Assembly (NCBI GenBank): GCA_034667685.1
Contig: JAXDQU010000034.1
Location: 64,001 to 128,000, forward strand
DNA length: 64,000 nt
DNA from: Thermoplasmata archaeon
GTDB lineage: Archaea > Thermoplasmatota > SW-10-69-26 > JACQPN01 > JAJPHT01
Direction: 5' to 3'
The notes under the pieces: generated by a model
Told to the model about the DNA's origin: nothing
The model's database searches: none
Seen by the model: the letters and a program-made list of their open reading frames with translations, nothing else
Program-made: the position numbers and the translations under genes
Shown: piece after piece, positions 45,011 to 53,369 of the stretch
How positions within the stretch are numbered: position 1 is the stretch's first letter
How the letters are laid out: every line of letters begins with the position of its first letter

Positions 45011-45811
45011 TCACGAGTCTTGGAGCCACGCCCGTATCTCTTCGGCGAACCGCCGCGGCTCTTCCAGCTCGGGGAAGTGGCCCGCGTCGGCGAACCGGAC
45101 GATCTTGGCGCGCGGCGCGTGCTTGCGGATTCCTTCGGGGTCGCTGCGGGCGTGCGTGCGGTCCTTCTCGCCCCAGAATGATAGCACGGGGAGGTCGGTC
45201 GCGGGCGGCGGCTCGCTGCGCTCCAGGGCGCGGAACGCGGCGGCGAGCGGGAAGCGGGCGCCGTGGTCGAACGCTTCGACCGCGAGGAGGCCGAACGCGT
45301 CGCCCTGCTCCTTCGTGGGCAGCGCGGCGCGGTACCAGCGCTTGGCGATCTCGGGCGCGCGCACGTAGCCGACCGCGGGGCCCACGAGCGGCGCGCGCAG
45401 GAGGCCATGCGCGTCCACGCGGTCGACCCAGCGCAGCGCGTCGTCCCACGCGGGCGCCTGGATGGTGACGATCCGCGCGACGAGGTCGGGCCGGCGGGCG
45501 GCGACGCGCAGCGCGACGAAGGCGCCGACGCACGGGAGGGCGAGCGTGACGGGGCCGAGGGCGAGCTTGTCGAGGAGCGCGATCGTGGCGTCGGCCTGCG
45601 CGTCGAGCGTCTGGGCGTGGCCGCGGGCGGCGGCGCTGTGGCCGAAGCCGGGCGGCTCGAAGACGACGACGCGGGCGACGGAGCGGAGCGCCACGCAGAG
45701 CGCCGCGTGCTGCTCGAGCACGTTGGGCGGGTCGACGGCGAGGAGCAGCGGCGGGCCCTGGCCCGTCTCGCGCAGCCGCACGCGCCCTTGCGGGATCTGG
45801 ACCTCGCGCAT
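45011..45811 (-). CDS. Alpha/beta-fold hydrolase-like protein
   Basis: ETGQGPPLLL, FEPPGFGHS, RPDLV, WGEKD, DAGHFPELEEP; nucleophile elbow reads PCVGA rather than GxSxG. Confidence 0.8.
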   Translation of the reverse strand: MREVQIPQGRVRLRETGQGPPLLLAVDPPNVLEQHAALCVALRSVARVVVFEPPGFGHSAAARGHAQTLDAQADATIALLDKLALGPVTLALPCVGAFVALRVAARRPDLVARIVTIQAPAWDDALRWVDRVDAHGLLRAPLVGPAVGYVRAPEIAKRWYRAALPTKEQGDAFGLLAVEAFDHGARFPLAAAFRALERSEPPPATDLPVLSFWGEKDRTHARSDPEGIRKHAPRAKIVRFADAGHFPELEEPRRFAEEIRAWLQDS

Positions 45812-45817
45812 CGCGGC

Positions 45818-46219
45818 TCAGCCGTAGCGCGCCACGAGCGCGTCGAGCGCCTTCTTCTGGTCGGGCCAGTGGAGGCGCTTGGCGGCCTCGTCGGGCGCGA
45901 GCCATTCGGCCGCGGTGTGCTCGTCGCTGAGCGTCTCGGTGTGGGCGGGATCGACGCGCGCGGCGTAGGCCGTCTCGTGATAGCGATTTCCCTTGGCCTC
46001 GTAGGTGAACGTGACGCCCAGGGGCTCGGGCGCGACCTCGAAGCCCGTCTCCTCGTCCACCTCGCGCACCGCGGCGGCGAGGACCTTCTCGTGCGGCTCG
46101 ACGTTGCCCGTCACGGGGTGCCAGAGCCCCTTCTCGGTCTTCGCGCGCTTCAGCAGCAGGACCTGGAGCGTCGGCTTGCTGCGGTAGACGAACACCTGCA
46201 CCTTGCGTCGGAGCGCCAT
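45818..46219 (-). CDS. NUDIX hydrolase (NudB-like)
   Basis: LLLKR, W.PVTGNVEPHE....AAVREVDEETG, LSDEH...EW. Confidence 0.9.
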   Translation of the reverse strand: MALRRKVQVFVYRSKPTLQVLLLKRAKTEKGLWHPVTGNVEPHEKVLAAAVREVDEETGFEVAPEPLGVTFTYEAKGNRYHETAYAARVDPAHTETLSDEHTAAEWLAPDEAAKRLHWPDQKKALDALVARYG

Positions 46220-46324
46220 CGCCCCCGCCAAGGGCGCCATCCGGCAAAAGGTCCACGCATGCCTCCGGCACGTTCTTCTGCGCCGCAAGGCGTCCCCCGT
46301 CGGGGATTCATCCTGAGACCCGCC

Positions 46325-46498
46325 ATGCTGCTTGCCATTGCCCTCGTCGCCACCGGTTTCGTTGTCGCCGCCGTGCCCGCGGCGGAGGCCAGCTACACGT
46401 GCACGCCCACCGTCGCGGGCGAGTTCTTCTGCTACGACGTCAACAGCGGCGACTGCTACGGCGTCATCCTGGGCCAGCCGACCCGCTGCGCGCCGTAG
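46325..46498 (+). CDS. Small secreted 4-Cys peptide
   Basis: MLLAIALVATGFVVAAVPAAEA signal peptide followed by SYTCTPTVAGEFFCYDVNSGDCYGVILGQPTRCAP. Confidence 0.65.
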   Translation: MLLAIALVATGFVVAAVPAAEASYTCTPTVAGEFFCYDVNSGDCYGVILGQPTRCAP

Positions 46499-46549
46499 CG
46501 CGCCGCGCGCCGCGCCAACGTTCTTCCCTTCCTGCTTTTCTTCTTCGGC

Positions 46550-46864
46550 GTGGACCTCGTCTCGGTGCACGTCACGTTCCCCGATCTGGCCAGCGCGAAG
46601 TCCGTTTGCCGCGCGCTCGTGGAGGAGCGCCTCGCCGCGTGCGCGAACCTCGTGCCCTGCGAGAGCCTCTACGTCTGGGAGGGCGCGTTGGCCGACGAGC
46701 GCGAGGTCGTCGCGATCCTCAAGACCACGGCCGGGAGGCTGGACGCGCTGACGCGCCGCGCGGTGGAGCTGCACCCCGACGAGGTGCCCTGCGTCGTCGC
46801 GGTGCCGATCGTGGCAGGCTTCCCAAGCTACGTCGCCTGGGTCCAGGAATCGACGCGTCCGTGA
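46550..46864 (+). CDS. cutA: Divalent-cation tolerance protein CutA
   Basis: VTFPD...A......LVEERLAACAN, SLYVWEG, LKT, HP.EVPCV, Y..WV. Confidence 0.93.
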   Translation: MDLVSVHVTFPDLASAKSVCRALVEERLAACANLVPCESLYVWEGALADEREVVAILKTTAGRLDALTRRAVELHPDEVPCVVAVPIVAGFPSYVAWVQESTRP

Positions 46865-46934
46865 AGGAAAGAAAAGAGGGCTCGGGGCGGGCGCTTGCGG
46901 CCGCCCCGAGCGGTTGTCGTTCACGACGGCCGAT

Positions 46935-48290
46935 CTACGGGGCCGTGATGGTGCCCTGGAGGGGCGTGCTGGTGCCCACACTGGGGCCGCCGACGCCGCC
47001 GTGCAGGCCGCACTCGCCGTTGCCCGCGAGGGGGCCGGTCAGCAGACCGGTGCCCGCGAGGCCGCCGCCCACCGACGAGCTGTCACCGATGACGGGGCAG
47101 CCCTTGGTCGACACGAGCGGGGGGTTCGTGATCAGGCCCGAGGCGCTGGGGCCGAAGACGAAGAAGCTCCACGCGCTGCCATCGAGCACGCCGAAGCAGT
47201 CGACGCCGTTGGGGTCGGGGAGGACGCTGCCGGAGTGGTCAGCGCCGTCGTTCTGCCACGGGTCGGGGTCCGGCGGGGTCGCCGCGGAGCCGTGGTGGGG
47301 GTCCACGTTGCCCGCAAGGGTGGCAGAGGTGCCCGGGAAGTGGCCCGTCACGCCCTGGCCGCAGTCATAGGGGTCCGTGTCGTAGCTGTCCGACACGACG
47401 TTGTTGCCGGTGCAGGCCTGGCCAGCCGCCCACGCTGCGGGGTCCTGGCCATCGGTGCCGAAGGTGAAGTCCACGGGCAGGCCCAGCGTGTTCGTCTGGA
47501 TCGTCGCGGTCGCGCCGGTGCCGCCGTTGTGGTGGCCCACGACGGGGGCCGCGGGGGCGCACGCGCCCTGGCTGGTCTCAGGGAACTGAGCGCCGCCCTG
47601 GCCCGTTTCGTTGTCGCCGTCGCCCGTCGCGCAGCCCGACGTGTCGAACACGTCGGCAACGCCGACGCCGCCGAACTGGGAGTCGATGGTCGCACCGAAG
47701 TTACCCGCGACCACGAAGACGTGGACCGCCTGCTGGGGCTGGTAGTTGGGGCTCGACGTGTCGCACGGCGGCGCCACGTTGACGTTGCAGTACACCCAGA
47801 AGTCGGCGCTTCCGCCGCCCGCCAGGAACGTCTCGTCCGTCGTGCAGGTCCAAGGCGTGGAGCCCGAGCCGGCCTGTTCCGAGCTGACGCCGGGGTCCGA
47901 GAAGGGGAGCACCATGGCCTGCGTGACGGAGAGCCCGGCGCACGCGGACGTGATGGTGAGGATGCCTCCGCCGGCTGCGGCGTGATAGCCGCCCGCGTCG
48001 ACCTCGTAGCACGTCGTGTCGCTGGTGAAGCTGCCGGAAGGAACGCACGAGACGCCCGGGTTCGGGGAGGTGAGCAACGAGCCGGCCGAGACCGCGGTGC
48101 CCGTGTGGATGTCCACGCACGAGTACAGCGGAGGCGAGACGAGAAGCTCAGTCCCGAAATTCGAGAAGCGGTGGATCGTGATGTGGCCCGCGGGCGCATT
48201 GGGGGCCGCGGCATGCACGGCGCCTGAGGCGGAAAGCCCGCCGGCGAAGAGAGCGAGCGCGGCGAATGTTACGAGGGTGTGACGAAACAT
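46935..48290 (-). CDS. Large secreted Gly/Thr/Cys-rich hypothetical protein
   Basis: Signal peptide MFRHTLVTFAALALFAGG..VHA; C-terminal half is homologous to 33220-34005. Confidence 0.75.
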   Translation of the reverse strand: MFRHTLVTFAALALFAGGLSASGAVHAAAPNAPAGHITIHRFSNFGTELLVSPPLYSCVDIHTGTAVSAGSLLTSPNPGVSCVPSGSFTSDTTCYEVDAGGYHAAAGGGILTITSACAGLSVTQAMVLPFSDPGVSSEQAGSGSTPWTCTTDETFLAGGGSADFWVYCNVNVAPPCDTSSPNYQPQQAVHVFVVAGNFGATIDSQFGGVGVADVFDTSGCATGDGDNETGQGGAQFPETSQGACAPAAPVVGHHNGGTGATATIQTNTLGLPVDFTFGTDGQDPAAWAAGQACTGNNVVSDSYDTDPYDCGQGVTGHFPGTSATLAGNVDPHHGSAATPPDPDPWQNDGADHSGSVLPDPNGVDCFGVLDGSAWSFFVFGPSASGLITNPPLVSTKGCPVIGDSSSVGGGLAGTGLLTGPLAGNGECGLHGGVGGPSVGTSTPLQGTITAP

Positions 48291-48503
48291 GGAGAAAAGG
48301 CTCCGCCGCGCCGAATGCTCATCCAAGGCATCAAGATTGTCGAGGAAAGGTGTGAGGCGAATTGCCACGTGGCGAAGGAACGGAGTCCGCCCGCATTCAT
48401 CCGGATGTGGGGGGCAAATGTAAACGTGGAAAGATGTTTACGTTACAGCGTTGTTACGGGAAGCGCTTCTTTTTCATGGGTTGGAGCGTCCCACCTGCCC
48501 GGA

Positions 48504-49121
48504 TCACGCGTAGCGCAGCGGCACGCCGAGCCCTTCCACGACGCGGCGCGCCCACGCGAGCTTGCGCGCCTTCGTCGCGGCGTCACGCGCCGGCTTCTGC
48601 GCGGGATGCGTCCAGTCGAATCCGACCAGGGTGAGCGACGTGGCGCCCAGGGCAACGGCGAGGCAGGCCGCGCGGTCGCCGTCGGAGAAGCCGCCGAACC
48701 CGCGCACGCGGCCGCGCGGCTCGGCTTGTGTCGTGCCCATCACGGGGCCCGGGAGACGCGGCACGTGGCGGGCGAGCGCGGCGCGGTTGTCGCCGTGCGC
48801 GTGGACGACCAGCGGAACGCCCACGGCGTTGAGCGCCACCTGCAGGCTGATATCACCGTCGAGGTCCGTGACGACGGCGGTGGGTTGGCGCGGCGGCGGC
48901 GCGCGCGGGTCGGCCACGAGCAGCGGCCCGTCCGGCACGGCGCGTCCGTCCCACGCGCCGCCCAGGATGACGGCCTCGCCGCGCAGCGCGGGCGGGTCCC
49001 AGCGCAGGCGGTCGGCGAGCAGCGCGTCGAGCTCGTCGCGCGCCGCCTCGTCCGCCGCGCGGTCGAAGCCGAAGTCCGCGAGGATCGCCTCGTAGGTGGG
49101 GCGCCACGCGGGCCAGTCCAT
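48504..49121 (-). CDS. mptE: 6-hydroxymethyl-7,8-dihydropterin pyrophosphokinase MptE-like (DUF115)
   Basis: W.P.YEAILADFGFDRAAD..ARD, VTDLDG, VHAHGDN, GTTQ, GGFSDGDRA, GFD, KL.WA. Confidence 0.88.
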   Translation of the reverse strand: MDWPAWRPTYEAILADFGFDRAADEAARDELDALLADRLRWDPPALRGEAVILGGAWDGRAVPDGPLLVADPRAPPPRQPTAVVTDLDGDISLQVALNAVGVPLVVHAHGDNRAALARHVPRLPGPVMGTTQAEPRGRVRGFGGFSDGDRAACLAVALGATSLTLVGFDWTHPAQKPARDAATKARKLAWARRVVEGLGVPLRYA

Positions 49122-49139
49122 GCGGGGCCGAGGGCGCGC

Positions 49140-49403
49140 TCAGGAATAGGGCTTGTCGTCGCGCCGCGCGGTGGGCTTGTTGTCCTCGTTCTCGCGGTCC
49201 AGCGTGCCCGCGTCCCCCGCCCGCGCATGGGGCACGCCCGCGCCGCGCAACCCCGCGTTGCTGCCGCGCGAGCCGCTCAACGGGTACGTGTCCGGCACGT
49301 TCCCCGGGTTCGCTCCGCGCCCCAGCGGCGAGGCGCCCTCGCGGTTCTCCACCCCTTCGAGCCTCTCGGGCTCGTCCGGCTTCGGTCGCTTGCGCTCGTC
49401 CAT
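49140..49403 (-). CDS. Small hydrophilic hypothetical protein
   Basis: 87-aa low-complexity ORF filling the gap upstream of mptE. Confidence 0.5.
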   Translation of the reverse strand: MDERKRPKPDEPERLEGVENREGASPLGRGANPGNVPDTYPLSGSRGSNAGLRGAGVPHARAGDAGTLDRENEDNKPTARRDDKPYS

Positions 49404-49499
49404 GCGGCGGCTCTCGGCGCGAGGGGCGAAAGGCGCTTCTCACCCGGGGATCGATGAGGCCGCAGAAGGGGATATCCGCGGGCAGCCCAAGTGCGTCCC

Positions 49500-51329
49500 G
49501 TGGACTACGCGCGCCTCTGCGAGTTCTACGAGCGCCTCGAAGCCACGACCAAGCGCCTGGAGATGACGGACATCCTCGTGGAGCTGGCGCGCGAGGCCGA
49601 CGGCGACCTGCGCGCGGTCGTGTACCTGACGCGCGGCCAGCTCGCGGCGGACTTCGTGGGCCTGGAGCTTGGCGTCGCGGAGAAGCTCGTCATGCGCGCG
49701 CTCCACGAGTCGACCGGCGTGCCCGAGGACGAGCTGACGAAGGCGTACCACAAGGCGGGCGACCTGGGCGACGCCGCGTTCGAGCTGCTCTCGCAGAAGA
49801 AGCGCCGCGCGCGGCAGGCCACGCTCTTCGCCGAGGAGGCGGCCGAGCAGGGCTCGATGCCGGTGGCCGAGGTCTTCGCGCGGCTGCACGACATCGCGGA
49901 GTCCTCGGGCTCGGGCTCGCAGGGCGCGAAGATGGCGCTCCTCCAGAAGCTCCTCGCGCGGTGCAGCCCCCGCGAGGCGCGCTACCTCGTGCGCACCGTG
50001 ACGGGCAAGCTGCGCCTGGGCATCGCGGACATGACGATCCTCGACGCGCTGGCCGCCGCCTTTGCCACCAAGGAATACCGGCCCGACCTGGAGCGCGCGT
50101 ACAACGTGTGCAGCGATCTCGGCCTCGTCGCGGACGTCCTGCTCCGCAAGGGGCTCGCGGGCGTCGAGGAGATCCGCGCGCAGGTGGGCGTGCCGATGCG
50201 CGCGATGCTCGCCGAGCGCCTGCCCACGCCCCAGGAGATCCTGGAGAAGCTCGGCGGCGAGGGGCTCTGCGAGCTGAAGTACGACGGCCTCCGGCTCCAG
50301 GCGCACATCCCGGCGGCGGGCAAGGTGCGCTTCTACAGCCGCAGGCTGGAGGACATGACGAAGCAGTTCCCCGACGTGGCCGACTCGCTGCGCCAGGCGT
50401 TCTCGGGGCGCGAGGCGATCGTGGAGGGCGAGGTCGTCGCCATCGACCCGCACACGGGCGACATGCGCCCCTTCCAGGAGGTCGCCAAGCGCCGCGGCCG
50501 CAAGAACGTGCAGGAGGTCATCGACGAGGTGCCCGTGACGCTCTTCCTGTTCGACTGCCTGCTCCTCGACGGCGAGGACCTCACGCAGCAGCCCCTTCCC
50601 GTGCGCCGCGCCGCGCTGGAGCGCAGCTTCGACCGGAAGGCCACGCGCGACGAGCAGGGCGTCGAGCGCATCCAGTTCAGCCGCGCCAAGCGCGTGGCCT
50701 CCGCCGAGGAGGTCATGGCGTTCTTCGAGCAGTCGGTCGCCGAAGGCGCCGAGGGCATCATGGTCAAGTCGGTGCAGGATGATAGCACCTACAAGGCGGG
50801 CTCGCGCGGCTACCAGTGGATCAAGTTCAAGCGCGAATACAGCAGCGAGCTGCAGGACTCGCTCGACCTCGTCGTCGTGGGCGCCATCGCGGGGCGCGGC
50901 CGACGCGCGGGCTGGTACGGCGCGCTCATCATGGCCTCCTACAACCCCGAGGAGGACGTCTTCGAGTCGATCTGCAAGCTGGGCACCGGCTTCGACGACG
51001 CCGCGCTCCAGGCCTTCACCGACGAGCTGAAAAGCTATCCACACGAGGGCGGCCCGCACCCGCGCGTGCGCGCCAAGATCGCCGCCGACGCCTGGTTCGC
51101 GCCCGTGAAGGTCCTGGAGGTCGTCGGCGCCGAATTGACGCTCTCGCCTCTGCATACCGCGGGTTGGGGCGCGCTGAAGGAAGGCGCGGGCATCTCGGTG
51201 CGCTTCCCCCGGTTCACCGGAAAAGTGCGCGACGACAAGAAGCCCGAGGAGGCCACGACCGTCGACGAGCTGATCTCCATGTTCAAGCAGCAGGGGCACA
51301 AGCCCATCGCGGAAGCGGACGAAGCGTAG
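49500..51329 (+). CDS. lig: ATP-dependent DNA ligase
   Basis: Motif I ELKYDGLR, EGEVV, FDCLLLDG, EGIMVK, WIKFK, DLVVVG, SVRFPRF..VRDDK; start at 49500 or 49491. Confidence 0.97.
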   Translation: MDYARLCEFYERLEATTKRLEMTDILVELAREADGDLRAVVYLTRGQLAADFVGLELGVAEKLVMRALHESTGVPEDELTKAYHKAGDLGDAAFELLSQKKRRARQATLFAEEAAEQGSMPVAEVFARLHDIAESSGSGSQGAKMALLQKLLARCSPREARYLVRTVTGKLRLGIADMTILDALAAAFATKEYRPDLERAYNVCSDLGLVADVLLRKGLAGVEEIRAQVGVPMRAMLAERLPTPQEILEKLGGEGLCELKYDGLRLQAHIPAAGKVRFYSRRLEDMTKQFPDVADSLRQAFSGREAIVEGEVVAIDPHTGDMRPFQEVAKRRGRKNVQEVIDEVPVTLFLFDCLLLDGEDLTQQPLPVRRAALERSFDRKATRDEQGVERIQFSRAKRVASAEEVMAFFEQSVAEGAEGIMVKSVQDDSTYKAGSRGYQWIKFKREYSSELQDSLDLVVVGAIAGRGRRAGWYGALIMASYNPEEDVFESICKLGTGFDDAALQAFTDELKSYPHEGGPHPRVRAKIAADAWFAPVKVLEVVGAELTLSPLHTAGWGALKEGAGISVRFPRFTGKVRDDKKPEEATTVDELISMFKQQGHKPIAEADEA

Positions 51330-51566
51330 GACGTCCCGGGGGCCCCGGAAAGCAAGGCTTCATGAGGGTTGGGCCTCTCGGCAGTCTCGGAATCGGTACA
51401 TTTCCGGCAAGGCAGCCCACGATCGCCCCTTTTGACGAAGGTCGGTCTGCCCCCGTCCGCGCGCGAATTCCTCCGGCGCTCCGGCGCCCAGGATCGTGCC
51501 GGTTGCAGGCGATACGGAACCGCCCGCCTTCGCGCGGCGCGGCGTCCCGCCCACGAGACAACCACC

Positions 51567-52883
51567 ATGCAACAGCAGAACCAGCCTGAGAGCCAGGCCA
51601 CCTTCCAGACCTTCGGCTTCCGCCCGACCACGCTCGCCGCGCTCGCGAAGAAGGGCTACAAGACGCCCACGCCCATCCAGACGCTCGCCATCCCCATCGT
51701 CATGCAGGGCGAGGACCTCATCGCGCAGGCGCAGACCGGCACCGGCAAGACCGCCGCGTTCGGCCTGCCCCTCGTCGAGGACACGCGCCCGCGCGTCCTC
51801 CAGACGCTCATCCTCGCGCCCACGCGCGAGCTGGCCAACCAGATCGTCGAGGAGCTGACGTGGATGGGCGCCAACACGCCCTTCAAGGCCTACCCCGTGT
51901 ACGGCGGCGTGGGCTTTGGCAACCAGATCAACGCGCTCCGGCGCGGTGATATCACGTGCCTCGTCGCGTGCCCCGGCCGCCTGCTCGACCTGCTCCAGCG
52001 CGGCGACGTCCGGCTCGACCACGTGCGCCACGTGATCCTCGACGAGGCGGACCGCATGCTCGACATGGGCTTCATCCGCGACATCGAGAAGATCTTCAAG
52101 TTCCTGCCGCGCGAGCGCCAGACGATGCTCTTCAGCGCGACGATGCCTCCCGAGGTGCGCAAGCTCGCCGAGCGCTACCTCAACCGGCCCGAGTTCGTGC
52201 GCGCCGAGAGCGGCCCCACGGCGACCGAGCTGACCGACCAGTTCGAGATCCGCGTGCAGGGCGACAAGTTCCCCGTGCTCCTCGCGCTCATGAAGAAGGA
52301 GGACCCCGTGGCCTCCGTCATCTTCACGAAGACAAAGCACGGCGCCAAGCGCCTCGCGCGCCGCCTCGCCGCCGTCGGGTACAACACCGACGCGCTCCAG
52401 GGCAACCTCTCGCAGAACGCGCGCGACCGCGTGATGGCGGCGTTCCGCGACGGCAAGCTCGACCACCTCGTGGCCACGGACGTGGCGGCGCGCGGCCTCG
52501 ACGTGAGCGGCATCAGCCACGTCATCAACTACGACTTCCCCATGGTCAACGAGGACTACGTGCACCGCATCGGCCGCACGGGCCGCGCCGGCAAGCGGGG
52601 CCGCGCGTTCCTTTTCGTCGATCGCGAGGAGGAGCGCGACGCGCGCGCCGTCGAGCGGATCTCGGGCGTTCGCCTGGAGCCCTACGACGTCGGGCCGCTC
52701 CCCGTCGTCCCGCCCGAGGCGAGCGCGGGCGCCATGAAGCCGCAGCTCGGGTACAGCCGGGGCCAGCCCCAGCAGCGCCAGGGCGGCGGACAGGGGCAGC
52801 CGCGCCACCACAAGCCCGCGGGCCAGCGCCACGCGCCGCGCTCCGGCGCCCGGTCGCCGCACCCGAACCGCCGGCGTTACTGA
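51567..52883 (+). CDS. DEAD-box RNA helicase
   Basis: PTPIQ, AQTGTGKT, PTRELA, DEADRMLDMGF, SAT, TDVAARGLD, HRIGRTGR; basic C-terminal tail. Confidence 0.97.
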   Translation: MQQQNQPESQATFQTFGFRPTTLAALAKKGYKTPTPIQTLAIPIVMQGEDLIAQAQTGTGKTAAFGLPLVEDTRPRVLQTLILAPTRELANQIVEELTWMGANTPFKAYPVYGGVGFGNQINALRRGDITCLVACPGRLLDLLQRGDVRLDHVRHVILDEADRMLDMGFIRDIEKIFKFLPRERQTMLFSATMPPEVRKLAERYLNRPEFVRAESGPTATELTDQFEIRVQGDKFPVLLALMKKEDPVASVIFTKTKHGAKRLARRLAAVGYNTDALQGNLSQNARDRVMAAFRDGKLDHLVATDVAARGLDVSGISHVINYDFPMVNEDYVHRIGRTGRAGKRGRAFLFVDREEERDARAVERISGVRLEPYDVGPLPVVPPEASAGAMKPQLGYSRGQPQQRQGGGQGQPRHHKPAGQRHAPRSGARSPHPNRRRY

Positions 52884-52913
52884 GGCGATCTCCAGCCTCG
52901 TCATGCTGGTCTT

Positions 52914-53120
52914 GGGCCGCCTCCGGCGGGGAACAACGGAATCTCCGAATCTCGGAATCTCCGCCTTGTGACCTTGGCGGAAACCCGAGAACCCGAGGAC
53001 CCGCCGAACCCGAATTCGACGTCGGGTTCTCGGGTCCGCGGGTTTTCGGGTCTTCACCGGGGTCACGAGGCGGAGAATCCGAGGTTCGGAGATTCCGTCC
53101 TTTCCGCGCGGAGCGCGCCC
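52914..53120. repeat. Nested palindromic element: GGAATCTC outer arms around an ACCCG-unit inner palindrome
   Basis: Left end matches 31385-31432; inner aacccgagaacccgaggacccg versus cgggttctcgggtccgcgggtt. Confidence 0.82.
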
Positions 53121-53222
53121 CAGACACGAGCACCGTCAGCGCCGGGGGCTTCAGCCGTCGTGCGAAAGAGGCGGAGCGCGCGAGGCGACAACCTGGAGCA
53201 CGGCGCGCCGGACGCCCGACGC

Positions 53223-53369
53223 ATGGCGTCGAGCCAGTACTCCGAGTCCGCGCGCAAGCAGATCGGCCGCCACGTCAAGAAGCACGAGAAGGAGGGCAAG
53301 TCCAAGGGTGGCTCGAAGGCGCAGCACGCCAAGGCCGGGCGCAAGGGCGGGAAGGCGGCGCACCGCTAG
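53223..53369 (+). CDS. Small basic KGG-motif stress-protein-like peptide
   Basis: MASSQYSESARKQIGRHV...AKAGRKGGKAAHR. Confidence 0.6.
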   Translation: MASSQYSESARKQIGRHVKKHEKEGKSKGGSKAQHAKAGRKGGKAAHR

